From NCBI GenBank assembly GCA_031366795.1, contig JANLOX010000227.1:1-32789 (forward strand): a stretch of 32,789 nucleotides of DNA. Direction: 5' to 3'. This stretch comes from Candidatus Eiseniibacteriota bacterium. GTDB lineage: Bacteria > Eisenbacteria > RBG-16-71-46. Shown here piece by piece: positions 17,964 through 27,392 of this stretch (its first letter is position 1; each line of letters begins with the position of its first letter). The notes beneath the pieces are model-generated. The model saw only the letters and a list, made by a program, of their open reading frames with translations, ran no database searches and had not been told where the DNA came from. The position numbers and the translations under genes were made by a program.

Positions 17964-19583
17964 CTAGTCGCGGCGCATCAACAGCAGCGTGATGTCGTCG
18001 GTCCGCCGCGCGCCGGCCATGAAGGTGTCGACACCCTCCAGCACGCGCCGTCCGAGCACGTCGAGCGAAGGCTCGGCCGCGCCGGCCGCGACCAGCTCCA
18101 GCAACCGTTCCTCCTCGAACATCTCGCCGCCGCGGTCCGCCTCGGGTATGCCGTCCGTGAACACCGTGAGCAGGCCGCCGCGCTCGATCGTCGTCTCACC
18201 ACGCTCGAACTTGGCGTCTTCCAACACGCCCACCGGAACGCCGCCGGCCTCGAGCCGCTGGATGACGCCGTTGTGGATCAGCATCGGTAGGTTGTGGCCG
18301 GCATTGACGTAGGTCAGCGCGCCCGTCGCGGGATCGAGCACGCCCACGAACAGCGTGACGAAGCGGCCACGGTCGGTGCTGCGGTGCATGACGGCGTTGA
18401 GCCGCGACACCAGCTCCGCCGGGTCGGCGCAAATGTCATACAGCGTTCGCGAGGAGGACAGCGCGGACGACATCAGCAAAGCGGCGCCCATTCCCTTGCC
18501 CGAGACGTCGCCCAACAGGAACACGATCTTGCCGTCGGCGCGGATATGGAAGTCGTAGAGATCCCCGCCCACTTCGTGGCAGGTCTCGAGGCGCGCGTCG
18601 ATCGCCCAACCGGCGATCGGCGGCGGCTCGGGCAGCAGCGTGCGCTGGATGCGCGTCGCGGTTGCCAATTCCTGGGCCATGCGCTGGCTCTTTTGCTCGG
18701 CTTCGATCAGCCGCGCGTTGGTGATCTTGACCGCCGCCATGTTGGCGAGCAGCGTGAGCACTTCGACGTGCTCGCGGCCGAAGCTGGCGGTCGGATCGAC
18801 GCTGTCGGCATACAACACGCCCAGCACGCGCTCGTTGTCGAACAAGGGCGCCGCCATCGCGGCGTGGATCGACTGGGCAACCACGCTGTGCTGGGCCTTG
18901 AAGCGCGGGTCGACCGCGGCATCGCCGATGACGATCGAGGTGCAGTCCTGGAACACCTTCTCGAGAATGGTGCGCGAGATCGCCAGTGGCTGGCGGCTGC
19001 TGCCGCCGAGCAAGCGCGCCGCGACCTGCTCGGGCTCACCGCCCCCTTCGGGCATCATCAGGATCACGAGGCGCGTCGCCGGCACCGCCTGCTCGACGAT
19101 GCGCAGGATCTCGTCGCAGGTCTCGCGCAGCGGCCGCGGCAGGACCAGCATTCGGCCGGCCTCGACGAGCAGGTGCACGAGCCGGTTGGCGTCGGCGCTG
19201 CTCTGCACACCGCGGGCAAGGATCTCGCGCGCGCCGAGATTCAAGGACGATGACAGTTGCGCGGCGGGCGTGAACACCGTCTTCGCCTCGCCGCCCGGCG
19301 CCGAGACACGCACGAAGATCTTGCCGATTTCGAGCACGTCACCGTCGCGAATCGCGGTCGCCTCGTGCACCTCGATGCCATTGAGCCGCGTGCCGTTGCG
19401 GCTGCCGAGATCGCGGATCGTCACCTTCCCACCGTCGCGAACGACCTCGGCGTGTTCCTTGGAGACCGTAGGGTCGGCGATCTGGATCGCGTTCTGGGAC
19501 GCCCGGCCAATGCGCAGCGCCTCCCGGTCGATAGGGAACGTCCGATGCTCGGGGCCGATCGAAACGACGAGTTGCAGATCCAT
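17964..19583 (-). CDS. FHA-GAF-SpoIIE (PP2C) serine/threonine phosphatase
   Basis: FHA: IGRASQN...VSKEHA...DLGSRNGT. GAF: APLFDNERVLGVLYAD. PP2C: VGGDLYD, GDVSGKG, NAGH, FTDG, DDIT. Extended -10 TGCTATCGT at 19617-19625. Confidence 0.93.
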   Translation of the reverse strand: MDLQLVVSIGPEHRTFPIDREALRIGRASQNAIQIADPTVSKEHAEVVRDGGKVTIRDLGSRNGTRLNGIEVHEATAIRDGDVLEIGKIFVRVSAPGGEAKTVFTPAAQLSSSLNLGAREILARGVQSSADANRLVHLLVEAGRMLVLPRPLRETCDEILRIVEQAVPATRLVILMMPEGGGEPEQVAARLLGGSSRQPLAISRTILEKVFQDCTSIVIGDAAVDPRFKAQHSVVAQSIHAAMAAPLFDNERVLGVLYADSVDPTASFGREHVEVLTLLANMAAVKITNARLIEAEQKSQRMAQELATATRIQRTLLPEPPPIAGWAIDARLETCHEVGGDLYDFHIRADGKIVFLLGDVSGKGMGAALLMSSALSSSRTLYDICADPAELVSRLNAVMHRSTDRGRFVTLFVGVLDPATGALTYVNAGHNLPMLIHNGVIQRLEAGGVPVGVLEDAKFERGETTIERGGLLTVFTDGIPEADRGGEMFEEERLLELVAAGAAEPSLDVLGRRVLEGVDTFMAGARRTDDITLLLMRRD

Positions 19584-19771
19584 GGGGTCAGTCCTAAGGG
19601 TTTGGGGGTGGCCGCGACGATAGCAGGGCCGCCCGGCACCGGCCAGACTGCGCAGACTACCCACGCAGGCTACGAATGCAGGCTACCCACCATTGCCCCG
19701 GCGCCCCCCGCGTGGGAAGCTTGTCCGCACAGCGCCCCGCTGGCCTCATCGCGTTCCCTTCAAGGACACCC

Positions 19772-22700
19772 ATGCCCGCAGCCCAGGTCCATCGCGTCAT
19801 ACGGCCGTGGCACTCGCTTGTCCTCTTGGGGTTAGCAGCCGCTGCGGCGGCATGGCCGTTGACCGTTCAGGCCTTCGTGCCGGACACCGCGGCCCCGGGC
19901 GAAGTCGCGCGCGCGATGGGCGGCGCCTCCGAGATGGCGAGCCATGCGCGTAGCGAGGCGCTGGATGGCAGCGAGGCATGGCTGGCGTTCCGGGCCCGCA
20001 ACGGCGAGTGGACCGCGGAGTGGAACGGCATCACGGCAACGCCCCACCGGGCCACCGGGCCTGCCATCCCGCTGCCCGGGTTCGCCAATGATTCGGCGAG
20101 CATCGACGGCGCGATCCAGCGATTCGTGGCGGAGTCACCCGGTGTGTTTGGCGCCGGGACACGCATCGAAGCGCGCTCGGTGCGACACCACGGCAACGTG
20201 TGGTACGCGAGTTACCAGCAGATGGTGGGCGGCCTCGAGGTGCTGTTCGCGGACTGGGAGTTCCGCGTGTCGGATCGCGGCCAATTGATGTTGTTCGGCG
20301 CCGATGCGTGGCCGCTGGCGGTGCACAAGTCGCGCGCCCTCGCCGCGACTGCTTCGTTGCGCATGGCGGCCACCTTGGGGCTTGGGTTCTTGGCGGATCG
20401 CGACGCGATCGAATCGCTCGGGGATCCCGCGCTGCTGCCTACGACCGACGCCGCGGGAAATATCACCTCGCGGATCGTCGAGCGCTTCCGCGTGCGCACG
20501 ATGCAGCCGGTGGCAAGCTGGTGGACGCTGGTGGACGCGGAGCAGGGCACCGTGGTGATGCGCGTGAACCAGGCCCGCCCGATCACCGGCCATGTGAGCG
20601 GTTTCGTTCACGAGCACCTGCCGACCGACCTGAAGACACAGCGCCCGTTCGGGAACGAGCTCATCTACGCGGGCACCGACAGCACCGCCGCTGACAGCGC
20701 CATCACCGACGCCTCCGGTGCCTACGCGATCGCCAGCGCGGGCACGGTAACGATGAGCAGCGCCCTGTCCGGCCCGTTCGTGAATGTCCAACGCATCGAC
20801 CTGCCGTCGGGGAGCACGTCCAACGCGTTCGTGACCGCGAAATGGCCTGCGGGGGCCGTCTACGACTTCGCATGGGGTGACACGTTGTTCTCGCACGATG
20901 CCGAACGTGACGCGTTCTACCACGGCAATATCGCACACGCCTACGCCAAGTCGCTGGAGCCGACGATGACGGGATTGGATTTTTCGATGCCCATTTTCGT
21001 CAACTATCCCTACGCGCACTGCAACGCGGTGTGGACGGGCTACGGCATTTACCTGTTCTCCGCGGGGCGGGGCTGCGTGAACACCGCCACCGCGCCCTCG
21101 GTGCTCTACCACGAATATGGCCATGCGGTGAACGATCGCGTCTATGAAGGCGATGGCATCACCAGCGGCATGCTCAACGCCTCGATGCAGGAAGGGTTGG
21201 CTGATCTGTTCGCGGCGTTCCTGATGGATGCCCCGCAGGTTGGCGACGGCTTCAACGGGCCTGGCACCTACGTGCGCACGGTGTACAGCCGCAAGCGCTG
21301 GCCCGACGACCAGGTGACGGATGTTCACGCCAACGGCGAGATCCTCTCCGGCGCGTTCTGGGACCTGCGGCGCGCGCTCGGGTTGAGCGTCGCATCACAC
21401 CTGGTGCACCAGGCCAAGCACGGGCACCCCGACGACGAGCACGACATCATCGCCTTCAAGGAAATGTTCCTCGAGGTGCTGGTCGCCGACGATGACGACG
21501 GCAACCTCGCCAACGGCACGCCTCACGGCGCGGCGATCGCACACGCCTTCAGCGCGCACGGGTTGGGGCCGAATGCCTGGCTGACGATCGACCACACCCC
21601 AGTCGTCGAGCCCACGTCAAGCGGGCCGGTGCCGGTGACGGCGACGATTCGCTACACCGGGCCTGTCCTGACGACGCTCGATGTCAACTCACCGGCGGTG
21701 CACTACAGCATCGATGGCGGACCGTTCAGCACCTTGGCGATGGCGGCGAGCGGCGGCCTCGGCGAATTCGGCGCCGCGATTCCCGCCGCATCCGGTTCGG
21801 TCGTCGCGTACTGGATCACCGCGGGCGACGCCTTCGGCGACGAATCGGCGGCGCCGGCTGGCGCCCCCTTCCACCGGCTGTTCCAGATCGTGACGGGACC
21901 GGCGTTGCCGGCGATCACCTGGGACATGGAGAGCGACGCCGGCTGGACGGCCGGCGCGCCCGATGACGACGCGACCGCGGGCGTGTGGGTGCGGGTCGAT
22001 CCCACGGAATCGGCCAACTACGACACGGCGAATTTCGTGGTGCTGCAGCCCGCCAACGATCACTCCTTGATTGGAACGCAGTGCTGGGTCACCGGCAATG
22101 CCGACACGCAGTACGTGCAGGGTTACAACGATGTCGACGGCGGCAAGACGACGCTGACATCGCCCATCTTCGACGCGGCGCCGAGCGGCTACGAGAACCC
22201 AGTCATCGACTACTGGCGCTGGTACACGAACAATGCCGGCAGCGCCATCGGCGGCGACGTGTGGCGCGTGGAGATCTCGAACAACGGTGGCGGCTCGTGG
22301 ATTCCGCTCGAAACCACGGCATTGTCCGCCAACTCGTGGGAGCGGCAGGCCTTCCGCATCGAGGACGTGCTGACGCCGTCCCACTCGATGCGGCTGCGCT
22401 TCACCGCCAACGACGACCTGCCCAATTCGCTCGTCGAGGCGGCGCTCGATGACGTGCGGCTGCTGATGTTCCCCCTCGGCACCGCTGTCGCCGGACTGCG
22501 GCGTGTTACGCGCACGCTCGAACTCTTGGCGCCCTCGCCTAATCCCGCGCGTGGCACCACGACCCTGCGGCTCAGCCTGCCCACCGCGGCACATGTGTCC
22601 CTGGGGATCTTCGATGTCGGCGGACGGCGCGTGCGGGGCCTCGGCGACGGCGACCTCGCGGCGGGCGAACACGTGATCGCGTGGGATGGGCTGGATGCCG

Positions 22701-22789
22701 CGGGCCACCCTGTCCCTGCAGGTCTCTACTTCGCGCGGCTCGATGCGGACCGCGAACACCTGATGCGTCGGGTGGTGCGGATTCGTTGA
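19772..22789 (+). CDS. Secreted M4/M36 (thermolysin/fungalysin-like) metallopeptidase with beta-sandwich domains and a C-terminal FlgD-Ig tail
   Basis: Signal peptide; propeptide-like region (YQQMVGGLEV, VDAEQGTV); HEYGH...QEGLAD...HANG; C-terminal PSPNP...IFDVGGRRVR...WDG.D..G..VPAGLYFARL. Confidence 0.85.
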   Translation: MPAAQVHRVIRPWHSLVLLGLAAAAAAWPLTVQAFVPDTAAPGEVARAMGGASEMASHARSEALDGSEAWLAFRARNGEWTAEWNGITATPHRATGPAIPLPGFANDSASIDGAIQRFVAESPGVFGAGTRIEARSVRHHGNVWYASYQQMVGGLEVLFADWEFRVSDRGQLMLFGADAWPLAVHKSRALAATASLRMAATLGLGFLADRDAIESLGDPALLPTTDAAGNITSRIVERFRVRTMQPVASWWTLVDAEQGTVVMRVNQARPITGHVSGFVHEHLPTDLKTQRPFGNELIYAGTDSTAADSAITDASGAYAIASAGTVTMSSALSGPFVNVQRIDLPSGSTSNAFVTAKWPAGAVYDFAWGDTLFSHDAERDAFYHGNIAHAYAKSLEPTMTGLDFSMPIFVNYPYAHCNAVWTGYGIYLFSAGRGCVNTATAPSVLYHEYGHAVNDRVYEGDGITSGMLNASMQEGLADLFAAFLMDAPQVGDGFNGPGTYVRTVYSRKRWPDDQVTDVHANGEILSGAFWDLRRALGLSVASHLVHQAKHGHPDDEHDIIAFKEMFLEVLVADDDDGNLANGTPHGAAIAHAFSAHGLGPNAWLTIDHTPVVEPTSSGPVPVTATIRYTGPVLTTLDVNSPAVHYSIDGGPFSTLAMAASGGLGEFGAAIPAASGSVVAYWITAGDAFGDESAAPAGAPFHRLFQIVTGPALPAITWDMESDAGWTAGAPDDDATAGVWVRVDPTESANYDTANFVVLQPANDHSLIGTQCWVTGNADTQYVQGYNDVDGGKTTLTSPIFDAAPSGYENPVIDYWRWYTNNAGSAIGGDVWRVEISNNGGGSWIPLETTALSANSWERQAFRIEDVLTPSHSMRLRFTANDDLPNSLVEAALDDVRLLMFPLGTAVAGLRRVTRTLELLAPSPNPARGTTTLRLSLPTAAHVSLGIFDVGGRRVRGLGDGDLAAGEHVIAWDGLDAAGHPVPAGLYFARLDADREHLMRRVVRIR

Positions 22790-23241
22790 ACTCCCTGAGG
22801 GTCGCGACCCTCAACATGCTGTTCCCCAATGCGCTGGAGCGCCCAGGCACATGGGCGCGCCGCAGCGAACTGATGAGCACGGCAATCGAGCGGGCGCGCC
22901 CCGATGTGATCGGGTTGCAGGAAGTGCTGCCCTCGACACTTGATGAATTGCCCCGCCTGCTCGGCGACTTCAACGCGTTGCGTTCGTCGTTGCTGATTCA
23001 AGCGCTCACTTCGCCCTGCGGCACGGCATTGGTCGATGCCACTCGCACGGCGGCGCCTCAATCCGGGCCACCGGTCACGTTTCACTGGGGCGTGGGCGCC
23101 ACGCGATGGGGGCTGTCGATCGACTACGTGCTCGCGGAGACGGCCCTGCGAGCGACGTCTTGCGAGCGTATCGGCGAGCGTGATGGCTCGCTGTATGCCT
23201 CGGACCATCACCTCGTAGTGGTAGAGTTCTCAGCTCAATGA
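22786..23241 (+). pseudogene. Endonuclease/exonuclease/phosphatase (EEP) family protein with a large internal deletion
   Basis: TTG overlapping the upstream stop. Motifs VATLN, DVIGLQEV, GDFNA, IDYV and SDHHLV are all present, but only ~12 aa separate QEV from GDFN (normally about 100); total 151 aa. Confidence 0.7.
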
Positions 23242-23535
23242 CCCGCCACGTGATCGAAGCGACTGCCCATGCGCTGGCTGACCCGGATCGAGGAGTGGGT
23301 CCCGGAGCAGCGCTTTGTGAACGTGCAACTGCGCGGCCCCTACGCGCAATGGATCCATTGCCATACTTTCGCATCCAAGGACGGCGGGACCGAACTGGGT
23401 GACCGGGTGGCCTACGCGCTGCCGCTCGAGCCGCTGACCACGCCCGTTCACGCCCTGTTCGTCCGGCGGACGGTCGAACGCATCTTCACGCACCGTCGCG
23501 CGACCATCGCGCGGCTGTTTGGCGGCAGCGGATAG
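23238..23535 (+). pseudogene. SRPBCC family protein with internal deletion and frameshift
   Basis: The coupled ATG at 23238 (MTRHVIEA) is out of frame with the C-terminal half LPMRWLTRIEEWVPEQRFVNVQLRGPYAQWIHCHTF...IFTHRR. The N-terminal helix/strands are missing. Confidence 0.7.
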
Positions 23536-23613
23536 GCCGCAACGCGAATCTTCAGTAGACACTCCCGTAGCACTCGCGAACGGGATCCCTTGATTGGTGA
23601 ACAGGAGAGCTGG

Positions 23614-24258
23614 ATGACGCTACTCCGCTGGACTGTAGTTGGCGCTGGAGTCGCAGTGATCGCAATGCTGGCGCAGGGCGCATTTGCGAAACCTGCCAAA
23701 GCAACGAAACCCCACAAGCCGGTCGCGTCCGCGGCGCCGGCAGGAGTGCGAGCCGTGAACCTCTACCAGTTCAACGTCCAGACGATCGATGGCACCCAGC
23801 GCTCGCTGGCCGACTTCAAGGGCAAGACGCTGCTGATCGTGAACACGGCATCAGAGTGCGGCAACACGCCGCAGTACAAGTCGCTTGAGGCCCTGTACGA
23901 GAAGTACAGACCTAAGGGCTTCGAAGTGCTGGCGTTCCCCGCGAACAATTTCGGCGGCCAGGAGCCGGGCACCAACGCCGAGATCAAAACGTTCTGCTCG
24001 ACCCAGTACAAGACGACCTTCCCGCTGTTCGCCAAGATCAGCGTCAAGGGCAAGAATATCGCCCCGCTCTACCGGTACCTGACGACCGAAACGGGTTTCC
24101 CCGGCGATGTGGGTTGGAATTTCGCCAAGTTCCTGGTGGACCCCGATGGCAAAGTGGTCGCGCGCTTCGAGCCAAGTCTCGACCCGCTCAAGCCCGAGGT
24201 GACGAAACAGATCGAGACGACATTGGCGGCCGCGGCGGAGAAGAACCCCACGCGCTAG
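23614..24258 (+). CDS. Glutathione peroxidase family protein with N-terminal signal peptide
   Basis: AGGAGAG RBS; VNTASECG, LAFPANNFGGQEPG, WNFAKFLV. Confidence 0.92.
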   Translation: MTLLRWTVVGAGVAVIAMLAQGAFAKPAKATKPHKPVASAAPAGVRAVNLYQFNVQTIDGTQRSLADFKGKTLLIVNTASECGNTPQYKSLEALYEKYRPKGFEVLAFPANNFGGQEPGTNAEIKTFCSTQYKTTFPLFAKISVKGKNIAPLYRYLTTETGFPGDVGWNFAKFLVDPDGKVVARFEPSLDPLKPEVTKQIETTLAAAAEKNPTR

Positions 24259-24644
24259 CGCTTCCGCTTCCTCATCGCGTCGATGCTCAAACCCCCGGCG
24301 CCATTGCCCGCGAGGAACAGGAAGATGAAGCACAACAACGCCGCCGGCTCGCCATGGTTCTGGATCGGCAACATACCGTTCGGGGCATGCGCCATGAAGT
24401 AGGCCGAGGCCATTTCGCCGGAGGCGATGAAGGCGATCGGCTGCGTGAACCAGCCGAGCATGATCAGGGCGCCACCCACCAATTCGATCACTCCCGCCAC
24501 CATCATCAATGGCGGCAGCGCTCCTGACGCTCCCATCCCGCCGAACCAGCCCAGCAACTTCTGCCCGCCGTGGCACATGTACATGAGGCCCGCGGCGAAG
24601 CGCAGCAGCGAGTGACTGATGCCTGCGAGTCGATTGAGGATCAT
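24255..24644 (-). CDS. DoxX family membrane protein
   Basis: AAGGAG RBS; LLRFAAG..HGGQKLLG, AGVIELVGG, AFIASGEMASAYF..H, GAGGLSID. Confidence 0.9.
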   Translation of the reverse strand: MILNRLAGISHSLLRFAAGLMYMCHGGQKLLGWFGGMGASGALPPLMMVAGVIELVGGALIMLGWFTQPIAFIASGEMASAYFMAHAPNGMLPIQNHGEPAALLCFIFLFLAGNGAGGLSIDAMRKRKR

Positions 24645-24895
24645 TGGCAATTCGCTCCTTGGGATAAGTACCGGTCTTCGAGCGGCACATGCGGCGCTCC
24701 ACGCTACCGCGATCCGCTCACGGTGCAATAGGCAATATTGGGGGAGCCCCTGAAGGCAACGGGCGGGCAGTTTGCACGGGGCGTGGGTCAAATATCGCGC
24801 CACCGGACACAGAAGCGTTTGGGCATCGATATCATTGAGTCGCGCCCCCGCTGTGCGACGGGGCCACGTCTTCGCCACCTTTGGAGCTCCTCCCC

Positions 24896-26206
24896 ATGCC
24901 GGGCAGGCCGACCGCCACGCGAAACAACTGCTTCCGCGCACTCGCGACTCTCGTGGTGTGCGCCGCGCTCGCCGCCATTGTGGCGCCCCCAGCAAGCGCC
25001 GCCACCTATGTAATCCCGCACTGGATTGAAACGAGTGGATCGACCTCAACGGCCACCTACGCCTTCGACGACTTCATCTACATGCGCTACGCGCCGGGGC
25101 TCGCGGGAACCGCCTCGGGCAGCGGCGCCACCGTGGGGCTCTATCTCTACGACAACTCGACCGGGGCGCCGCTGGCCATCGCCGGCACCCAGATCTGCAA
25201 CCCCTGCAGCTACAGCCTGGGCGGGACGAACCCGCGCAATGCCGTCGCTTCGATCGGCCAGATCATCACCGCCAAGACCGGTTTCGTCTCGTCCGCTTAC
25301 GTGGGCTACGCCGTGCTCGCGGTCGGCGGCGCGGACCCCGGCGGCGTCACGCTCGAGCAGGATCTCGTCAACAGCCACAGCAGCGCGTTCGACCTGTCGG
25401 TCACCGCGACCCCACCGCTGCGGTTGCGCAAGGAAGACCCTGCTCTTCCCGCGGCGCGCGTGTTCTCGATACCGCACATGCTGGACACCTCGGGCAGCAC
25501 CTCGACGCAGACCTACGCGTTCGACGAAAGCATCTTCGCCACCTATACCGGTGGCCAGGCGGGCACCACCGGCAGCGGCGGCGCTACGGTCTCGCTTTAT
25601 CTCTATGACGAAGACACAGCGGCGCTACTCACGAACAATGGCATGAACGTGTGCGCGCCCTGCGTCTACGGTATCGGCGGGGCGAACCCGCGCAAGCTGA
25701 CGATGCGCATGGAGGACATCATCGTCGCCACGACAGGCAGCATGGACGCCCTCGCCAAGCGCGCGGCGGGCGTTGTCGTGGTCGGCGGCACCGATCCCGG
25801 CGACGTGACGCTGCAGCCGTGGCTGATCAACTCGCACTCGAACACGTTCGATCTGGCGATGACCGCCCAGACCGCGCAGCCGGTCAGCGGCGCGGGCCTG
25901 CTCGCCGTCATGCCGGACGATCGCGGCGGCGCGGTTCGCTCACTCACCGTCTCGCCCAATCCCGCGCAGAGCGCGGTGCGCATCAACTTCGATCTCACCA
26001 GGGCGGGCAACGTCGATCTCGCAATCTACGACGTCAGCGGTCGCGAAGTGGCCAAGGTGTTCCGCGGCCGCTGGGACGCCGGCGCGCATGAACTCGGCTG
26101 GGATGGCCGCGATGCCTCAGGGCGTCAGGTCGAGGGCGGCATCTACTTCGCGCGCATGAACGGCGCCGACCACTCGACGGTGTCGCGCGTGGTGATGCTG
26201 AAGTAA
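24896..26206 (+). CDS. Secreted protein with two tandem ~135-aa repeats and a C-terminal FlgD-Ig tail
   Basis: Signal peptide ending ASA-A; duplicated domain with CxPC; C-terminal SPNP...IYDVSGREV...WDGRD..G..V.GGIYFAR. Confidence 0.85.
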   Translation: MPGRPTATRNNCFRALATLVVCAALAAIVAPPASAATYVIPHWIETSGSTSTATYAFDDFIYMRYAPGLAGTASGSGATVGLYLYDNSTGAPLAIAGTQICNPCSYSLGGTNPRNAVASIGQIITAKTGFVSSAYVGYAVLAVGGADPGGVTLEQDLVNSHSSAFDLSVTATPPLRLRKEDPALPAARVFSIPHMLDTSGSTSTQTYAFDESIFATYTGGQAGTTGSGGATVSLYLYDEDTAALLTNNGMNVCAPCVYGIGGANPRKLTMRMEDIIVATTGSMDALAKRAAGVVVVGGTDPGDVTLQPWLINSHSNTFDLAMTAQTAQPVSGAGLLAVMPDDRGGAVRSLTVSPNPAQSAVRINFDLTRAGNVDLAIYDVSGREVAKVFRGRWDAGAHELGWDGRDASGRQVEGGIYFARMNGADHSTVSRVVMLK

Positions 26207-26296
26207 CACCCATTCAACGCGCGCTGCGCGAGCACCCGGCGCGAGACCTGACGTGAACACACGGCCCGAGCGCGCTGCGTTCGTCCGCAGCGGCAT

Positions 26297-27256
26297 CTAG
26301 ATCCGCGAGGCCAGCCCCGGCTGAGCATCCGCGTTCTGCAGCCACTCCACGGTGCGGCGCAGACCTTCTTCGAGCCCGATATTCGGCGCGTAGCCCAGCA
26401 GGCGCGACGCCTTGCCGATGTCGGCGAGCGAGTGCTTCACATCGCCGCTGCGCGTCTTCTCGTAGATCGGCTGCATGGGGTTGCCTGTCAGCTTGCCGAT
26501 GATCTGCACCAGCTCGTTGAGCGACACACGGCTGCCACAGGCTATGTTGATGGTCTCGCCCGAAGCGCCCTGCGCCTTGCACGCGAGCAGGTTGGCCGAG
26601 ACCACGTTGTCGACGTAAGTGAAGTCGCGCGATTGTTCGCCGTCGCCGTAGATCACCGGCGGCTTACCCGCCAGCGTCGCCCCGATGAACTTGGGGATCA
26701 CCGCCGAGTACTGCGACATCGGATCCTGCCGCGGCCCGAACACATTGAAGTAGCGCAACGCCACGGTCTCGAGCCCGTAGACCTGGTGGAACACGCGGCA
26801 ATACAGCTCGCCCGCAAACTTGTTGACGGCGTAGGGCGACAGCGGCAGCGCCGCCATCGTCTCGACCTTGGGCATCACCTCGGTATTGCCGTAGGCCGAG
26901 GAGGACGCGGCGTACACGACACGCTTGACGCCGGCATCGCGCGCCGCGATCAACACATTGAGGGTGCCCGTGATGTTGACGTCGTTGCTCTCGATCGGCG
27001 TGCGGATCGAACGTGGCACCGACGGGAGTGCCGCAAGATGGATGACGTAGTCAACACCCTTCATCGCTTCCTGGACGACGTTCAGGTAGCGGATGTCGCC
27101 TTCCACCAACTCGACGCGGCCCTCGAGCGGGAACAGCGACTGGCGCTTGCCGGTGGCGAAGTTGTCGAGCACGCGCACGTGTTCGCCCAACTCGAGCAGA
27201 CGGCTCACGGTGTTCGATCCGATGAATCCGGCGCCGCCCGTCACGAGATACGTCAT
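26297..27256 (-). CDS. NAD-dependent nucleotide-sugar epimerase/dehydratase (extended SDR, WbpP-like)
   Basis: LVTGGAGFIGS, HLAALPSVPRS, ASSSAYG, YAVNK (YxxxK), LRYFNVFGPRQ, GDGEQSRDFTYV. Confidence 0.95.
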   Translation of the reverse strand: MTYLVTGGAGFIGSNTVSRLLELGEHVRVLDNFATGKRQSLFPLEGRVELVEGDIRYLNVVQEAMKGVDYVIHLAALPSVPRSIRTPIESNDVNITGTLNVLIAARDAGVKRVVYAASSSAYGNTEVMPKVETMAALPLSPYAVNKFAGELYCRVFHQVYGLETVALRYFNVFGPRQDPMSQYSAVIPKFIGATLAGKPPVIYGDGEQSRDFTYVDNVVSANLLACKAQGASGETINIACGSRVSLNELVQIIGKLTGNPMQPIYEKTRSGDVKHSLADIGKASRLLGYAPNIGLEEGLRRTVEWLQNADAQPGLASRI

Positions 27257-27392
27257 GGGGATCAATTCCTTTTGGTTCGCAGCGAACAAGTGTTGGGCAG
27301 AGCAGCAGGCACCGCCCTTAAGTCCCTGTGGTTTTCGGCAGTTCGGGCGCAGCTCTTGATCCCGGCGGTAAGGCTCCCTTTAGGGGCGCACT

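Noticed and set aside
27320..27346. Possible IHF-like site between the GT4 and the epimerase
   Set aside because: The match to the consensus is too weak to support.
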